DNA from: Microbulbifer sp.
GTDB taxonomy: Bacteria; Pseudomonadota; Gammaproteobacteria; Pseudomonadales; Cellvibrionaceae
DNA length: 64,000 nucleotides
Direction of reading: 5' to 3'
Assembly: GCF_036563125.1 (NCBI RefSeq)
Contig: NZ_DATCMV010000179.1
Location: 1,418-65,417, forward strand
Numbering within the stretch: the first letter of the stretch is position 1; each line of letters begins with the position of its first letter. Positions 1 through 8,774 of this stretch are shown one piece after another. Below the pieces are notes generated by a model. It searched no databases. It was given only the letters and a program-made list of their open reading frames with translations, and was not told the DNA's origin. The translations under genes were made by a program, and so were the position numbers.

Positions 1-1
1 A

Positions 2-1840
2 TTGGCGTTGCTGGCCCTGTGCTCTGCACGGGCAGCTGCGCTGTGCCCCGACGGCACCAGTTTCGATTCCGGGCTGGATTTCTGCGCAAATGAGGTGGAT
101 GTATTTGGGCCTTTTACTGGCCCTATGGTTGAAGGGTGTATCCAATATGGTGGCGGAAGTGCCTGCACCAATACTTACACCTACCCGGTGCAGGGGACCA
201 ATATCCAGGTACTGCGCTGGTCGCGGGCGTTTGCCCAGAACCTGCGTGGTTCTGGTGACTGTCCCGCGGGTTCGGTGCGCTCAAGTACCTACGGCAATCA
301 TTGTTTCGAACAGGTTTCCGGTGCCGAGAACAATGTTTACGGAAACTTCACACAGTCTGAGGTCAATGCGTGCCAGAGTTTGAGCGGCGGCACGGCCTGC
401 TACACCAATCGCTGGTCGGCAAGCTTCTATCTGTCGGTGAAGAGTGCATTGAATTCACCCGAGCCCGGTGTGCTTACCAATAAATTCGGTGCCTGGTTGT
501 GGTATATCGACGAGGAGGGGGTAAACCGCACACATGCGCAGCTAGCGGATGACCTTGCGGCGCTGGGGGTGAAGCGCATTTTTATCAAGATTGCCGATGG
601 CACACAGAACTGTAATCTGTTTGCGGATGCCTGCTCCACCAACACCACGGACATTTACAAAAGTCGCGGTATCGAACCCTGGGCCTGGTCCTACAACTAT
701 CCGAATAACTACGCCGCGCAGGCAGACGCGCTGTACTTCGCCGCTCAGTACGGATATGTGGGCTTCGTATCGGATGTGGAAGTGGAATTCAACAATACCA
801 CCACACAATTGCACAGCCTGTTCCAGGCGTTTACCGATGCGCGTATTGATGCGCAGAATGCCGGTTTTGCGGATAGCAGCTTTGCCCTCGGCGCCACTAC
901 CTGGAGCAATCCGGCAGACCAGGGGATGAATGTCGGCATTATCGACCAGTATGTGGATTTCCACATGCCGCAGACCTACGTGGAAGTTTGGGGCGGAAGC
1001 TATATGGCAGACCCTGCATACTGGATCGAGGTCGGCAATTGTGAATACCGTCAACTGGGCGCGCAGAAGCCGATCTGGCATATCGTTTCCACCGAATACG
1101 ATCAGATCACCCCGGCGCAAATTGATGCGTTTATGGCCGCGGCCGGTCCCAATACCAGTATCTGGCGTGTGCCCGGCGGTGCGGTGCCGCAGGCGGTGTG
1201 GAATGACTGGGCCAGTATCGACTGGGAACGTGACACATTCACCCCGGGCAGCTGCAGTGCCGGTAACAACGATCTGACCGATCGCCTGGATGGCGGCACT
1301 GTCACCCCGCCACCGCAGCCCTCGATGCCCTACTGGAAGCAGACCGAAAATTATTACGATCCCTACGGAACTTGCTCGGTGACGTCACTGGCGATGATTA
1401 CCGATTATTTCGGCATCACCGATCCCGATGACATTGGCTATCGTACACCTGACTATCTCTATGAGCGTTTCGGGGTATTGCAGACAGTGTCTGCACTGAA
1501 ATCCGGATTCAACACGCTAGCGCAGGAAGCGGGCAGTCAGCTGCGCAATGTAGGTAAGGAAAACGGAACCCTTGCTGAACTGCGCAACCTGGCATCCCAA
1601 GGCATTCCTACCATCGTGCACGGATGGTTTACCTCGGCCGGCCATATCATGGTGGTCACGGGGTATGACGGTCAGTACTACACTGTCAATGACCCCTTCG
1701 GGCGTTGGAACCTTCAGAAGTGGGGCAGTTACGATTCTGGTGTATCTGGTGAAGGGCAGCGTTATCCCAAGACTGCTTTCGAGTACGCGATAAACGATAA
1801 CGGCACCGGCGATGATCTTTGGCTACATATTTTTGAGTAG
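2..1840 (+). CDS. Secreted multidomain protein: two Cys-rich N-terminal repeats, a glycoside-hydrolase-like TIM-barrel domain and a C-terminal C39-like cysteine peptidase; 5' end probably truncated by the window edge
   Basis: Signal-peptide-like LALCSARAAA; two CP(D/A)G...C...C..GG..AC modules; central GAWLWY...IFIKIADG...WAWSYNY...FVSDVEVE (DxE); C-terminal GTCSVTSLAM...GHIMVVTGYD...VNDPFG (Cys/His/Asp of the C39_2 type). Confidence 0.7.
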   Translation: MALLALCSARAAALCPDGTSFDSGLDFCANEVDVFGPFTGPMVEGCIQYGGGSACTNTYTYPVQGTNIQVLRWSRAFAQNLRGSGDCPAGSVRSSTYGNHCFEQVSGAENNVYGNFTQSEVNACQSLSGGTACYTNRWSASFYLSVKSALNSPEPGVLTNKFGAWLWYIDEEGVNRTHAQLADDLAALGVKRIFIKIADGTQNCNLFADACSTNTTDIYKSRGIEPWAWSYNYPNNYAAQADALYFAAQYGYVGFVSDVEVEFNNTTTQLHSLFQAFTDARIDAQNAGFADSSFALGATTWSNPADQGMNVGIIDQYVDFHMPQTYVEVWGGSYMADPAYWIEVGNCEYRQLGAQKPIWHIVSTEYDQITPAQIDAFMAAAGPNTSIWRVPGGAVPQAVWNDWASIDWERDTFTPGSCSAGNNDLTDRLDGGTVTPPPQPSMPYWKQTENYYDPYGTCSVTSLAMITDYFGITDPDDIGYRTPDYLYERFGVLQTVSALKSGFNTLAQEAGSQLRNVGKENGTLAELRNLASQGIPTIVHGWFTSAGHIMVVTGYDGQYYTVNDPFGRWNLQKWGSYDSGVSGEGQRYPKTAFEYAINDNGTGDDLWLHIFE

Positions 1841-1868
1841 CACGACTGGCTGAATTCACGAGCAAAGG

Positions 1869-1894
1869 AAAACCGGAGCACGCTCCGGTTTTTT
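1869..1894 (+). terminator. Rho-independent terminator
   Basis: AAAACCGGAGC-AC-GCTCCGGTTTT hairpin followed by a T-run, 28 nt after the stop codon. Confidence 0.85.
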
Positions 1895-2333
1895 ATTCTG
1901 GCCCATCGCCATCCACTTGCAGAATATGGTGGTACGTTGGAATGCATCGATAAATTTTAGTCAAAAGCGTTAACTTGGCGAAAGAGACAACACCCGTCCT
2001 TACTACTTAAGCAAGTTGCATTGACGCCGCTTTTCCAAATTTTCGCGAAATGCGATCAGTGCAGCCGGTACATTTGATATTCGGCCAGGATCTGGAATGT
2101 TCTTAACCAGTCTCTGACGTGAATGTCGAATTCAAGTAAGTCAGCTCGAGGCTAAACTAGTATTGCATCCTTTAAACGATTGGGGCGACAAGACTGAGCG
2201 TTGCGTCCCAGACTGAATGATCGAGTGTCCAATCCCGCGCCTATTCCAGCGCGCAATAAAATGACCGTCTAACCTATCTCCGTTCACCGCATTAAGAAAA
2301 AAAGCCATAAATTCGATGATCGGAGATAACCTC

Positions 2334-3263
2334 ATGCACAAATCGCGTCTATTTGTATCCCTTGCCATAACCTCCGCACTGTGGTCCGTAAATACCATTG
2401 CGGCTCCAGCGAAAGGTGCCGCCGCCGGTGACAGTATCACCATGGGATTTGCGGCGGACTGCACCGGCAATACCTTTTTCACTGGCGGTTTTTTCTGCCT
2501 TTTGGGCGGGGACCAGCCCGAGCACAGCTGGTTTGACGGCTCGGCGAGCAAGGTCAACAGTGTTCACGATAAATACAAGGCGCTCGACCCGAATGTCGCG
2601 GCCAATAAAAACGCGGCTCGTTCCGGTGCCGAGATGCGTGGTGGTGGCGACAGTTTCAGCGTGCAGGCGGATCGGATTCTTGCCGATACGCTGGTCGCGG
2701 ACCATGTGGAGGTGGTGCTCGGCGGCAACGATATCTGTAATCGGGACTGTGTCGATCCGGCAAACTGCTCTGATCCACTGCTGACCGAGAGTCAGTGGCG
2801 CGGTGCAGTGAAGGCGGGGCTGGATAAGCTGGTGGGCGGCCTGCCCAGTGGTTCCACCGTGCTACTGGGGTCGGTGCCGCGAGTGCAGGACCTGCGCGCT
2901 GCGGGTATCGCCAAGCAGACTGGTAACTGGCGTGTAAATTGCGAAAATGTATGGTCTACCTTTGGCATCTGCCGGATTGCTACCAATGGTGGAACCATGA
3001 ACGGTGAATCGTTTGCAACGCGGTATGCTGGTATCCAAGCGGCGCAACGCCTATACAACGAGGTGCTGCAACAGGAGGCCACTGCCTATAACGGCACAAA
3101 TGGTGTGGAAGTCGTTGCCGAATATTCCGGTGCGAACAACACCAATGTGGGTACCTTCACTTTCGGCAAAGACGATATCGACGGTGGGGATTGTTTTCAC
3201 CCGAGTGTTCGCGGGCAGAACACCGTGGCGAACCTGATGTGGAGCGGTAACCCGGACAAGTAA
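2334..3263 (+). CDS. Secreted SGNH/GDSL hydrolase (esterase/lipase family)
   Basis: Signal peptide; GDSITMG (block I), GGNDIC (block III), DCFHPS (block V); GGAG RBS before the ATG at 2334. Confidence 0.85.
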   Translation: MHKSRLFVSLAITSALWSVNTIAAPAKGAAAGDSITMGFAADCTGNTFFTGGFFCLLGGDQPEHSWFDGSASKVNSVHDKYKALDPNVAANKNAARSGAEMRGGGDSFSVQADRILADTLVADHVEVVLGGNDICNRDCVDPANCSDPLLTESQWRGAVKAGLDKLVGGLPSGSTVLLGSVPRVQDLRAAGIAKQTGNWRVNCENVWSTFGICRIATNGGTMNGESFATRYAGIQAAQRLYNEVLQQEATAYNGTNGVEVVAEYSGANNTNVGTFTFGKDDIDGGDCFHPSVRGQNTVANLMWSGNPDK

Positions 3264-3279
3264 ATCTCAGGCGGTGAAC

Positions 3280-3299
3280 AGGGCTCCCTGCGGAGCCCT
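3280..3299. terminator. Hairpin between convergent genes (probable terminator)
   Basis: AGGGCTCC-CTGC-GGAGCCCT perfect 8-bp stem; weak T-tract. Confidence 0.55.
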
Positions 3300-3356
3300 A
3301 AATTTGCTGTAGAGTAAAATCAGCAGAAGTCGATCAGGTGCCGTGTATCCGTTGGC

Positions 3357-4955
3357 TTACTCACCATTGTCATCATTACTGTTATTACTCGGCTGTTCGA
3401 AATAGCCCTTTTCCTGTACCTCGTATTGCACCCGCTGCGGTAGTCCGTTACGCATGTAGGTCACATCTACCACCTCGCCGCTGGTCAACGCGTTCCAGAG
3501 CTGGTTTTGGCCACTGTGTACCCAGCTATCGTTCACCCGAACCACTACGTCACCTTCCTCGAAACCTAGCGCGGTGAAGAACTCGCTGTCCTGGATTCCC
3601 TCGAGCCGCAGCAGGTTGTATCCATCTACGACGTGCTCGGCGGCGACAAATTTCTGTTCCAGTTCGGCGCGATTCTGCAGCTGCTGTTCCAGCCACTCCT
3701 GCCCCAGAGGTAGCACCCCGGATGGTGCGATCAGCTTCCGGGATTCACCGTCTGGCTGTTCAATGCGTCGCATGGTTGCCTCATCCCGCTGGGTAATTGT
3801 GGTCTTGGGAACGTGCACGTAATCGCCTTCTTTACCGCTGAGCGGCAGCCGCTCCAGGTGATCGCTGACCTGCAGGATAACGTGGCGCTCGTACACCCCC
3901 TTGAGGATAACGCCGGGCATCAGTGTGTCCCCCGGTGAAAAGCGGCTGGCGGAGGCATCGCGGATACGAATGAGCGCGGTGGACTGTTCGGGCTGCGAAG
4001 AGACGCTGGTGCCGCTCAGTTGCAGCGGTAACTCAGTGTCGGAAATCCGGTCGGTCGATTGCCGCCAGCGCGCGGCATCGCTGTGGGGGCTTGCAGGATC
4101 GTGACCAAGGCGCAGCAACTCCTGGTCAATCCACATGGCGTAGTGCTCCAGGGGCTGGGGACCTTTGATATACAGTCCATTCACAAAAACTACCGGCACG
4201 CTCTGCAGGCCGAGGGCTCGGGCCTGGGCGGTATCAGCAGTAATCCTGTCGATGCGGTCTGGCTCGTGAACGCACCGGCTAAAGGCGTCCAGCCCAATTC
4301 CCAGCTGTGACGCCAGCTGCGTGAAGGCCTTTTCATCCAGTGTCTTGGCCCGGGTGTAGAGGCCGTCGGCATAGGCCCAGGGCATTCCCTGCAGGCTGGC
4401 GCAGTACACCGCAATAGCCGCTTGTGTACCCTGGCGGTGGTAGCGCATGGGGAAGTCAAAGGGCGCTACGGCGATCCAGCCGGCGTAGCGGTCGAGTAAT
4501 TCACGTAACACCAGATTGGTGGCGGCGCAGTGCACGGACTGGTAGGAGCAGAAAACCGCGAGGGTGACGGGAGCCGCTGGGTTGCCGCGCAGGGCACGTC
4601 CGCCGGCGTCGATATCCAGTCTGGGAGGGCTGGGGTAGGGCAGCAGCCAGTCGACCGCGGGCCGTGCCTCCGTAGAGTCCGCCGGCGGTAGCTTTGCTTC
4701 CACCATGGATTTCAGTGTGTCGAAGCGCAACTGATACTCGGCAAGTGTCAGGTCGTGCCGCTCGAGGCGGATTTTTTGATCCACTTCTGTGAGGGTGATT
4801 GCGCTATTGCCGACGCGCGCCACCACTTTGTCTTCACGATTGTTGGGATCAATTGCTTCCGGCACATCCTGGCCACAGGCCGACAGCAGCACAGCGACGA
4901 AAACAGGTAGAAGCCGCAGGGCAGGGCGGTAGTGCTGATAGTCCAGTTTTTCCAT
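3357..4955 (-). CDS. Lipoprotein: DsbA/thioredoxin-like domain fused to GspC-like HR and PDZ domains
   Basis: Lipobox LLSAC; RGNPAAPVTLAVFCSYQSVHC and QSVPVVFVNG (DsbA-type fold with altered CxxC); LPLQLSGT...STALI...GDTL...VYERHVIL...LERLPL (GspC HR-like); LGFEEGDVVVRVND...MRNG (PDZ-like). Confidence 0.7.
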   Translation of the reverse strand: MEKLDYQHYRPALRLLPVFVAVLLSACGQDVPEAIDPNNREDKVVARVGNSAITLTEVDQKIRLERHDLTLAEYQLRFDTLKSMVEAKLPPADSTEARPAVDWLLPYPSPPRLDIDAGGRALRGNPAAPVTLAVFCSYQSVHCAATNLVLRELLDRYAGWIAVAPFDFPMRYHRQGTQAAIAVYCASLQGMPWAYADGLYTRAKTLDEKAFTQLASQLGIGLDAFSRCVHEPDRIDRITADTAQARALGLQSVPVVFVNGLYIKGPQPLEHYAMWIDQELLRLGHDPASPHSDAARWRQSTDRISDTELPLQLSGTSVSSQPEQSTALIRIRDASASRFSPGDTLMPGVILKGVYERHVILQVSDHLERLPLSGKEGDYVHVPKTTITQRDEATMRRIEQPDGESRKLIAPSGVLPLGQEWLEQQLQNRAELEQKFVAAEHVVDGYNLLRLEGIQDSEFFTALGFEEGDVVVRVNDSWVHSGQNQLWNALTSGEVVDVTYMRNGLPQRVQYEVQEKGYFEQPSNNSNDDNGE

Positions 4956-5223
4956 GGATTTTGATCCGCTGGCTATTATCTTGCTAGACGTTCTACCACA
5001 AGGTCACACGACGCTCTACCAAGCCCATAGCGCGCTGCGCAATTTGGCGCGGCATTAAACGCCACACTGAATTGCATAAATCAGTGCTGTGAAAATTTCC
5101 GGAAATCCTCCTGTGATTACCGTTTCAACGCCGGAAGCTCTGCTTTGGGCCTTCTGCGGTTTTGGCATATTGCCGCGATATCGCTGCATGGCTCTGGTAG
5201 ATCACTAAAAGAAGCTTAAGACC

Positions 5224-5250
5224 GGCCGGCACTTGGTAACACTGCCGGCC
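5224..5250 (-). terminator. Hairpin downstream of the FadL-family gene
   Basis: GGCCGGCA...TGCCGGCC 8-bp stem about 24 nt after the stop codon on the minus strand; poor U-tract. Confidence 0.4.
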
Positions 5251-5273
5251 TAATACCTGGTTTTGCTTGCGAA

Positions 5274-6626
5274 TCAGAAGCCGCCGGACCAGCCAAATCG
5301 AACAATACTCTGGCTCATGGTGAGATCTGCCTCTCCGCCACCGAATGCTGCGGGAATCGAACCGCTCCCCGTCACTTCTTCCTCGAATGCATGGGTATAG
5401 GAAATCATCCATTCTCCCAGGCTGGTACGCCATTCCGCACCAATACTGCCGTGATTCTCGATTACCGCGGGTGCCAGGATGTTGATAAAGGTCTGGTCGC
5501 CCGCAATCGGCTGCCCGGCATGACTGACCCCGCCGCGCAGGGTGATTGTATCGCTGAACGCATAAACCGCCCCAAGCTTAATCACCTCAACATCGCTCCA
5601 ACCGAAACCGGGGCCGCCATCCGCGCCCAGGGGATTTCCCTGGAAAAGCAGGCTCAGGCTGTTTCCGACCGAGCCGATATCGCTGTACTCGATGCGCTGC
5701 CAGTCTGCTGCAAGTGTAAGAGCGGAGCTCGCACTCCAGCTGATGCCTGCCCCATAACTCGCGGGGATATCGAACCCGCCCTGGTCGGCAAATAGCCCGG
5801 CATATTTGCCAAAAGTGCTGGTCTCTATTTTCGAGGACCAGGAAATACCGAGCGTGAAATCTTCATCCAGTTGCCCGATCCAACCGAGCTTGAGACCCCA
5901 CCCGTGTGCGCTGTCATAGCCGTTGTTTGTGACCTTGCCTGGCTGGGCTGATACAAAGGCGTTGTCGAAAGACTGCAGGCCATTCGCCTGAAAACGCTGA
6001 TAAGCAAAGGTCGCGGCAATACCTAGCGACTGCGCTGGGGTTGGGCGGAATGCCAGTGATGGGGTAACAATGAGCTGGCTCAGATCCACCCCTGCCTCGC
6101 CAGAAGCTCCAAAGGCCGCGAATGGATTGTTGCTGTAATCGGTATTCATACCGCCGTTACCGTACACCACGATTCCGTAACTCCAGCGGCTGGAGATCTC
6201 GCGCGAATAACCAATTTCTGGAATCACAAAGGCGGATGTGCCGTTGCCGTCATAGTTACCGTCAGCACCTGCGAGGTTGCCTCTGATACGTGCACCGCGG
6301 TCGGGGCTGAACCAGGTCAATCCCACGTCCAGGCGATTGCCCACCAGCGCGGTGCCCGCGGGATTGGTCGCCGCTGCAAGGGAATCTTGTGGCAAGGCTA
6401 TACCGACTCCCGTCATCGATTGAGATTTGGGGCCGACGCCGTCCATAAAGTAACCGTTGGTGGCGTTTGCGGAGGCAGAAAATAGCAGAGAACAGCCAAT
6501 GGCGTTCATTGTGGCTGAATATCTGTAGTTAAGTACCTTGGCGTTGGCGAAAATTTTTATACCGGCGATTACTGCTGTTACTGCTAGTGCTGCGATTGCA
6601 GGTAGGAAGTCGAAGTGCAGGTTCAT
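5274..6626 (-). CDS. OmpP1/FadL/TodX-family outer-membrane channel for hydrophobic compounds
   Basis: Mature N-terminus ATNG...GPKSQSMTGVGIA...AAATNPAG typical of the FadL family; alternating beta-strand pattern; C-terminal Phe. Start codon uncertain (could be the downstream ATG of MNAIGC). Confidence 0.8.
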   Translation of the reverse strand: MNLHFDFLPAIAALAVTAVIAGIKIFANAKVLNYRYSATMNAIGCSLLFSASANATNGYFMDGVGPKSQSMTGVGIALPQDSLAAATNPAGTALVGNRLDVGLTWFSPDRGARIRGNLAGADGNYDGNGTSAFVIPEIGYSREISSRWSYGIVVYGNGGMNTDYSNNPFAAFGASGEAGVDLSQLIVTPSLAFRPTPAQSLGIAATFAYQRFQANGLQSFDNAFVSAQPGKVTNNGYDSAHGWGLKLGWIGQLDEDFTLGISWSSKIETSTFGKYAGLFADQGGFDIPASYGAGISWSASSALTLAADWQRIEYSDIGSVGNSLSLLFQGNPLGADGGPGFGWSDVEVIKLGAVYAFSDTITLRGGVSHAGQPIAGDQTFINILAPAVIENHGSIGAEWRTSLGEWMISYTHAFEEEVTGSGSIPAAFGGGEADLTMSQSIVRFGWSGGF

Positions 6627-6799
6627 TGCGCATCACCCTATTTATTGTGATTTATTACTTATTTTTCTAAGTTACCTATTTACTGCTGTGGTCATTCTTT
6701 TCTTACTTTTAAAATTTCTTACATCCCGTGGATGTGTGCATTTTCCTGCGGAATTACCTCGCTTTTTTGTGGCTTTTTGTGTTCAGGGAAAGAAAGTGT

Positions 6800-7177
6800 T
6801 TATTGCGGCGAAGGAAGCCTGTTCAGAAGGCGCTGAAGCGACATCCAGAACAGTTCATCGCGGGAATAGCCGCTAAAGCGATCTACCTCGCGCCCATCAT
6901 TTATTAGAATAAAGGTGGGTGTGCCGACAATAGCGGCATCGAGCTGCACCTGACGATCTTCCAGTGCGATAATTTTTCCGTGGACTTCCTTGAAGTTAAT
7001 CGGGTGAAGTGGCGCAATGCCTGCCTCTTCTGTCTTTGGGTAAATACTGCCGATGTCGCGATCAAAGGCTCGGCAAGCTCCGCATTGGGCGTCAAATATA
7101 TAGAGAAGTTCGGCGGCATTTAGGGCTGGAGAGCATGACAACAATAGTGTCGCGACTGCGCTTCTGATCGCGTCCAT
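6800..7177 (-). CDS. soxS: Periplasmic thioredoxin-like protein, SoxS-like
   Basis: Signal peptide; CGAC motif followed by FDRDIGSIYPKTEEAGIAPL, and GTPTFILINDGREVDRFSGY, matching the SoxS pattern; located in a sox cluster. Confidence 0.65.
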   Translation of the reverse strand: MDAIRSAVATLLLSCSPALNAAELLYIFDAQCGACRAFDRDIGSIYPKTEEAGIAPLHPINFKEVHGKIIALEDRQVQLDAAIVGTPTFILINDGREVDRFSGYSRDELFWMSLQRLLNRLPSPQ

Positions 7178-7193
7178 GAGTGTGTATGGCGAC

Positions 7194-7661
7194 CTAAGGC
7201 TTAATGTAAGCATAGCCTTTCTCTAATTGCAGCCGGGTGATCTCATCGATGCCCGCGTCGACAAACTCCACTCCGGGAGTCATATCGTTTTCCCGAAGAT
7301 TCTTGGCTTTCAACGTATTGCGACAAACCTTGAATTCGACGCCGTCCAACATCTGTGAGTCGATCATCGATGCGTAGGTATTTCCGTTCTCGTCCTTGGC
7401 GTTGTCAATTAAAAAATCTATACCCCCTCCAACCGCGACGACGGTAATCACTATCGTACTGTCTACTGCCCGCTGATTGTCGATGTGCCGTATGGCGCGC
7501 AGCGCCTGATTGCTATCTGACACGTGGTAGACGACTCCCCGGGGACCAGCCTTGGGTGCGCTGGTTGAATAATTGAGTGCGGCGACGCTTACAGCCGCAA
7601 ACATCATCAAGCTGAGAAACCAGGCAAGGGAGTGCCGTAGTCGGCGGTGTAGTGCTGACAT
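7194..7661 (-). CDS. Periplasmic DsrE/DsrF-like sulfur-carrier family protein
   Basis: VVYHV...ALRAIRHIDN...VVAVGGGIDFL...VEFKVCRNTL...AGIDEITRLQ..GYAYIKP; conserved Cys in VC.NT. Confidence 0.8.
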   Translation of the reverse strand: MSALHRRLRHSLAWFLSLMMFAAVSVAALNYSTSAPKAGPRGVVYHVSDSNQALRAIRHIDNQRAVDSTIVITVVAVGGGIDFLIDNAKDENGNTYASMIDSQMLDGVEFKVCRNTLKAKNLRENDMTPGVEFVDAGIDEITRLQLEKGYAYIKP

Positions 7662-7669
7662 AGTTGTTC

Positions 7670-8677
7670 CTATTCAAACAGAGCCTGCTGCATTTCAAGG
7701 AAAACGTGGTAAGCATTGCGCCGGTTTGCCGCATCGAACAGGGCGACATCGCGAAACTCTGACCAGTCTGTAGCCTCATATGCATCGTTGAAACTTCGGA
7801 GTTCTTCGGCGGCCACGGCCATTTGTTGGCGAAGAAAGCGGATGTAGTGTGTATTTAGCTGGATATCATTTGTGGGATTGGTAGAGGCACGACCGTGCCC
7901 TGGGACAATGACAGCAGCGTCCAGATTTGCGATGGCTTCCATGCTTTGAAGCCATGCCTCTGTGTTGCCATCCACCAGAAATGGAAGTCTTCCGCTGGAG
8001 AAAATATCCCCGGCAAATAACACGGACTCCGAGGGGATGGAAAGAAGGATGTCGTCCGGGCTATGACTGAAACCGCCGTCGATAATATCTATGGTGGTGC
8101 CGCCCAGCTGCAGGCGATGTCGCGGCCCAGTTTGGAAATCCAGCCAAATATCTGCATCGATCAATCTGGTTTTGTCATTAACCCAGGGAGAGAGGGATTC
8201 CCTTCTTTGTTCCAGGCGCTGCTGCGCGTGCTCCGAGCCGATATAGGTCAGGCCACTGCGCTTGGCAATTATAGTTGCGCCGGCATCTTTAAAGACCTGC
8301 AGGCCATATATGTGGTCGGCATGGTAGTGGCTAACAATGACATGGGTCACGGGCACCGCGGTAAGTCTTGCAATGGCATCCAGCATCGCCTGCGCCAGTG
8401 CAGGCGTGGCCAGGGCATCGTAGACGACGACACCCGTGTCGGTGATAACAAACCCGCTGTTGCTCATAAAGCCTTTGTTGTCAGCAGAAGCCAAACCGGG
8501 TGCGCCTTCGAAATACCAGGAGTTTGCGGAAATTTGAATCGGGTCAAGGTGTATTGGTGAAGTGTTGGTCGCTGGTGTGGCTGAACTGATGGTGCTGCCC
8601 AAAAGCAGCACGGTCGTAGCCACAATTGCGAGCCTTCTAGCGTAACCAGACCTGCGTCTTATTATGTTTATTCTCAT
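7670..8677 (-). CDS. soxH: Periplasmic metallo-beta-lactamase-fold protein, SoxH-like
   Basis: SHYHADH, SHSPDD, FAGD and VPGHG motifs; NKGFMSNSGFVIT; signal peptide; divergent from soxC. Confidence 0.7.
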   Translation of the reverse strand: MRINIIRRRSGYARRLAIVATTVLLLGSTISSATPATNTSPIHLDPIQISANSWYFEGAPGLASADNKGFMSNSGFVITDTGVVVYDALATPALAQAMLDAIARLTAVPVTHVIVSHYHADHIYGLQVFKDAGATIIAKRSGLTYIGSEHAQQRLEQRRESLSPWVNDKTRLIDADIWLDFQTGPRHRLQLGGTTIDIIDGGFSHSPDDILLSIPSESVLFAGDIFSSGRLPFLVDGNTEAWLQSMEAIANLDAAVIVPGHGRASTNPTNDIQLNTHYIRFLRQQMAVAAEELRSFNDAYEATDWSEFRDVALFDAANRRNAYHVFLEMQQALFE

Positions 8678-8688
8678 CTTCGCCGGGC

Positions 8689-8721
8689 TTGAAATATACC
8701 ATAGGGGGTATAGTATAGGGG
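8689..8721 (+). promoter_or_regulatory. Sigma70-type promoter for soxC overlapped by a CsoR/RcnR-type operator
   Basis: TTGAAA (8689-8694), 16 bp, TAGTAT (8711-8716); inverted repeat TATACC-ATAGGG-GGTATA (8695-8712) with a G-tract; partial direct repeat TATAGTATAGGGG (8709-8721). Confidence 0.65.
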
Positions 8722-8774
8722 CGTTATCCAAATAATGAAAATAGCGCATCCAACATAATAAAAATTCTGGAGGC

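Noticed and set aside
2185-2240. Reverse-strand TGGGACGCAA motif in the intergenic region
   Set aside because: Lacks the upstream GGCAAA/GAAA elements, and there is no minus-strand gene downstream to regulate.
6531-6633. 34-codon alternative-frame ORF (MRNEPALR...) starting just upstream of the FadL gene
   Set aside because: Short, overlaps the FadL N-terminus, has no motif; more likely chance or start-site ambiguity than a leader peptide.
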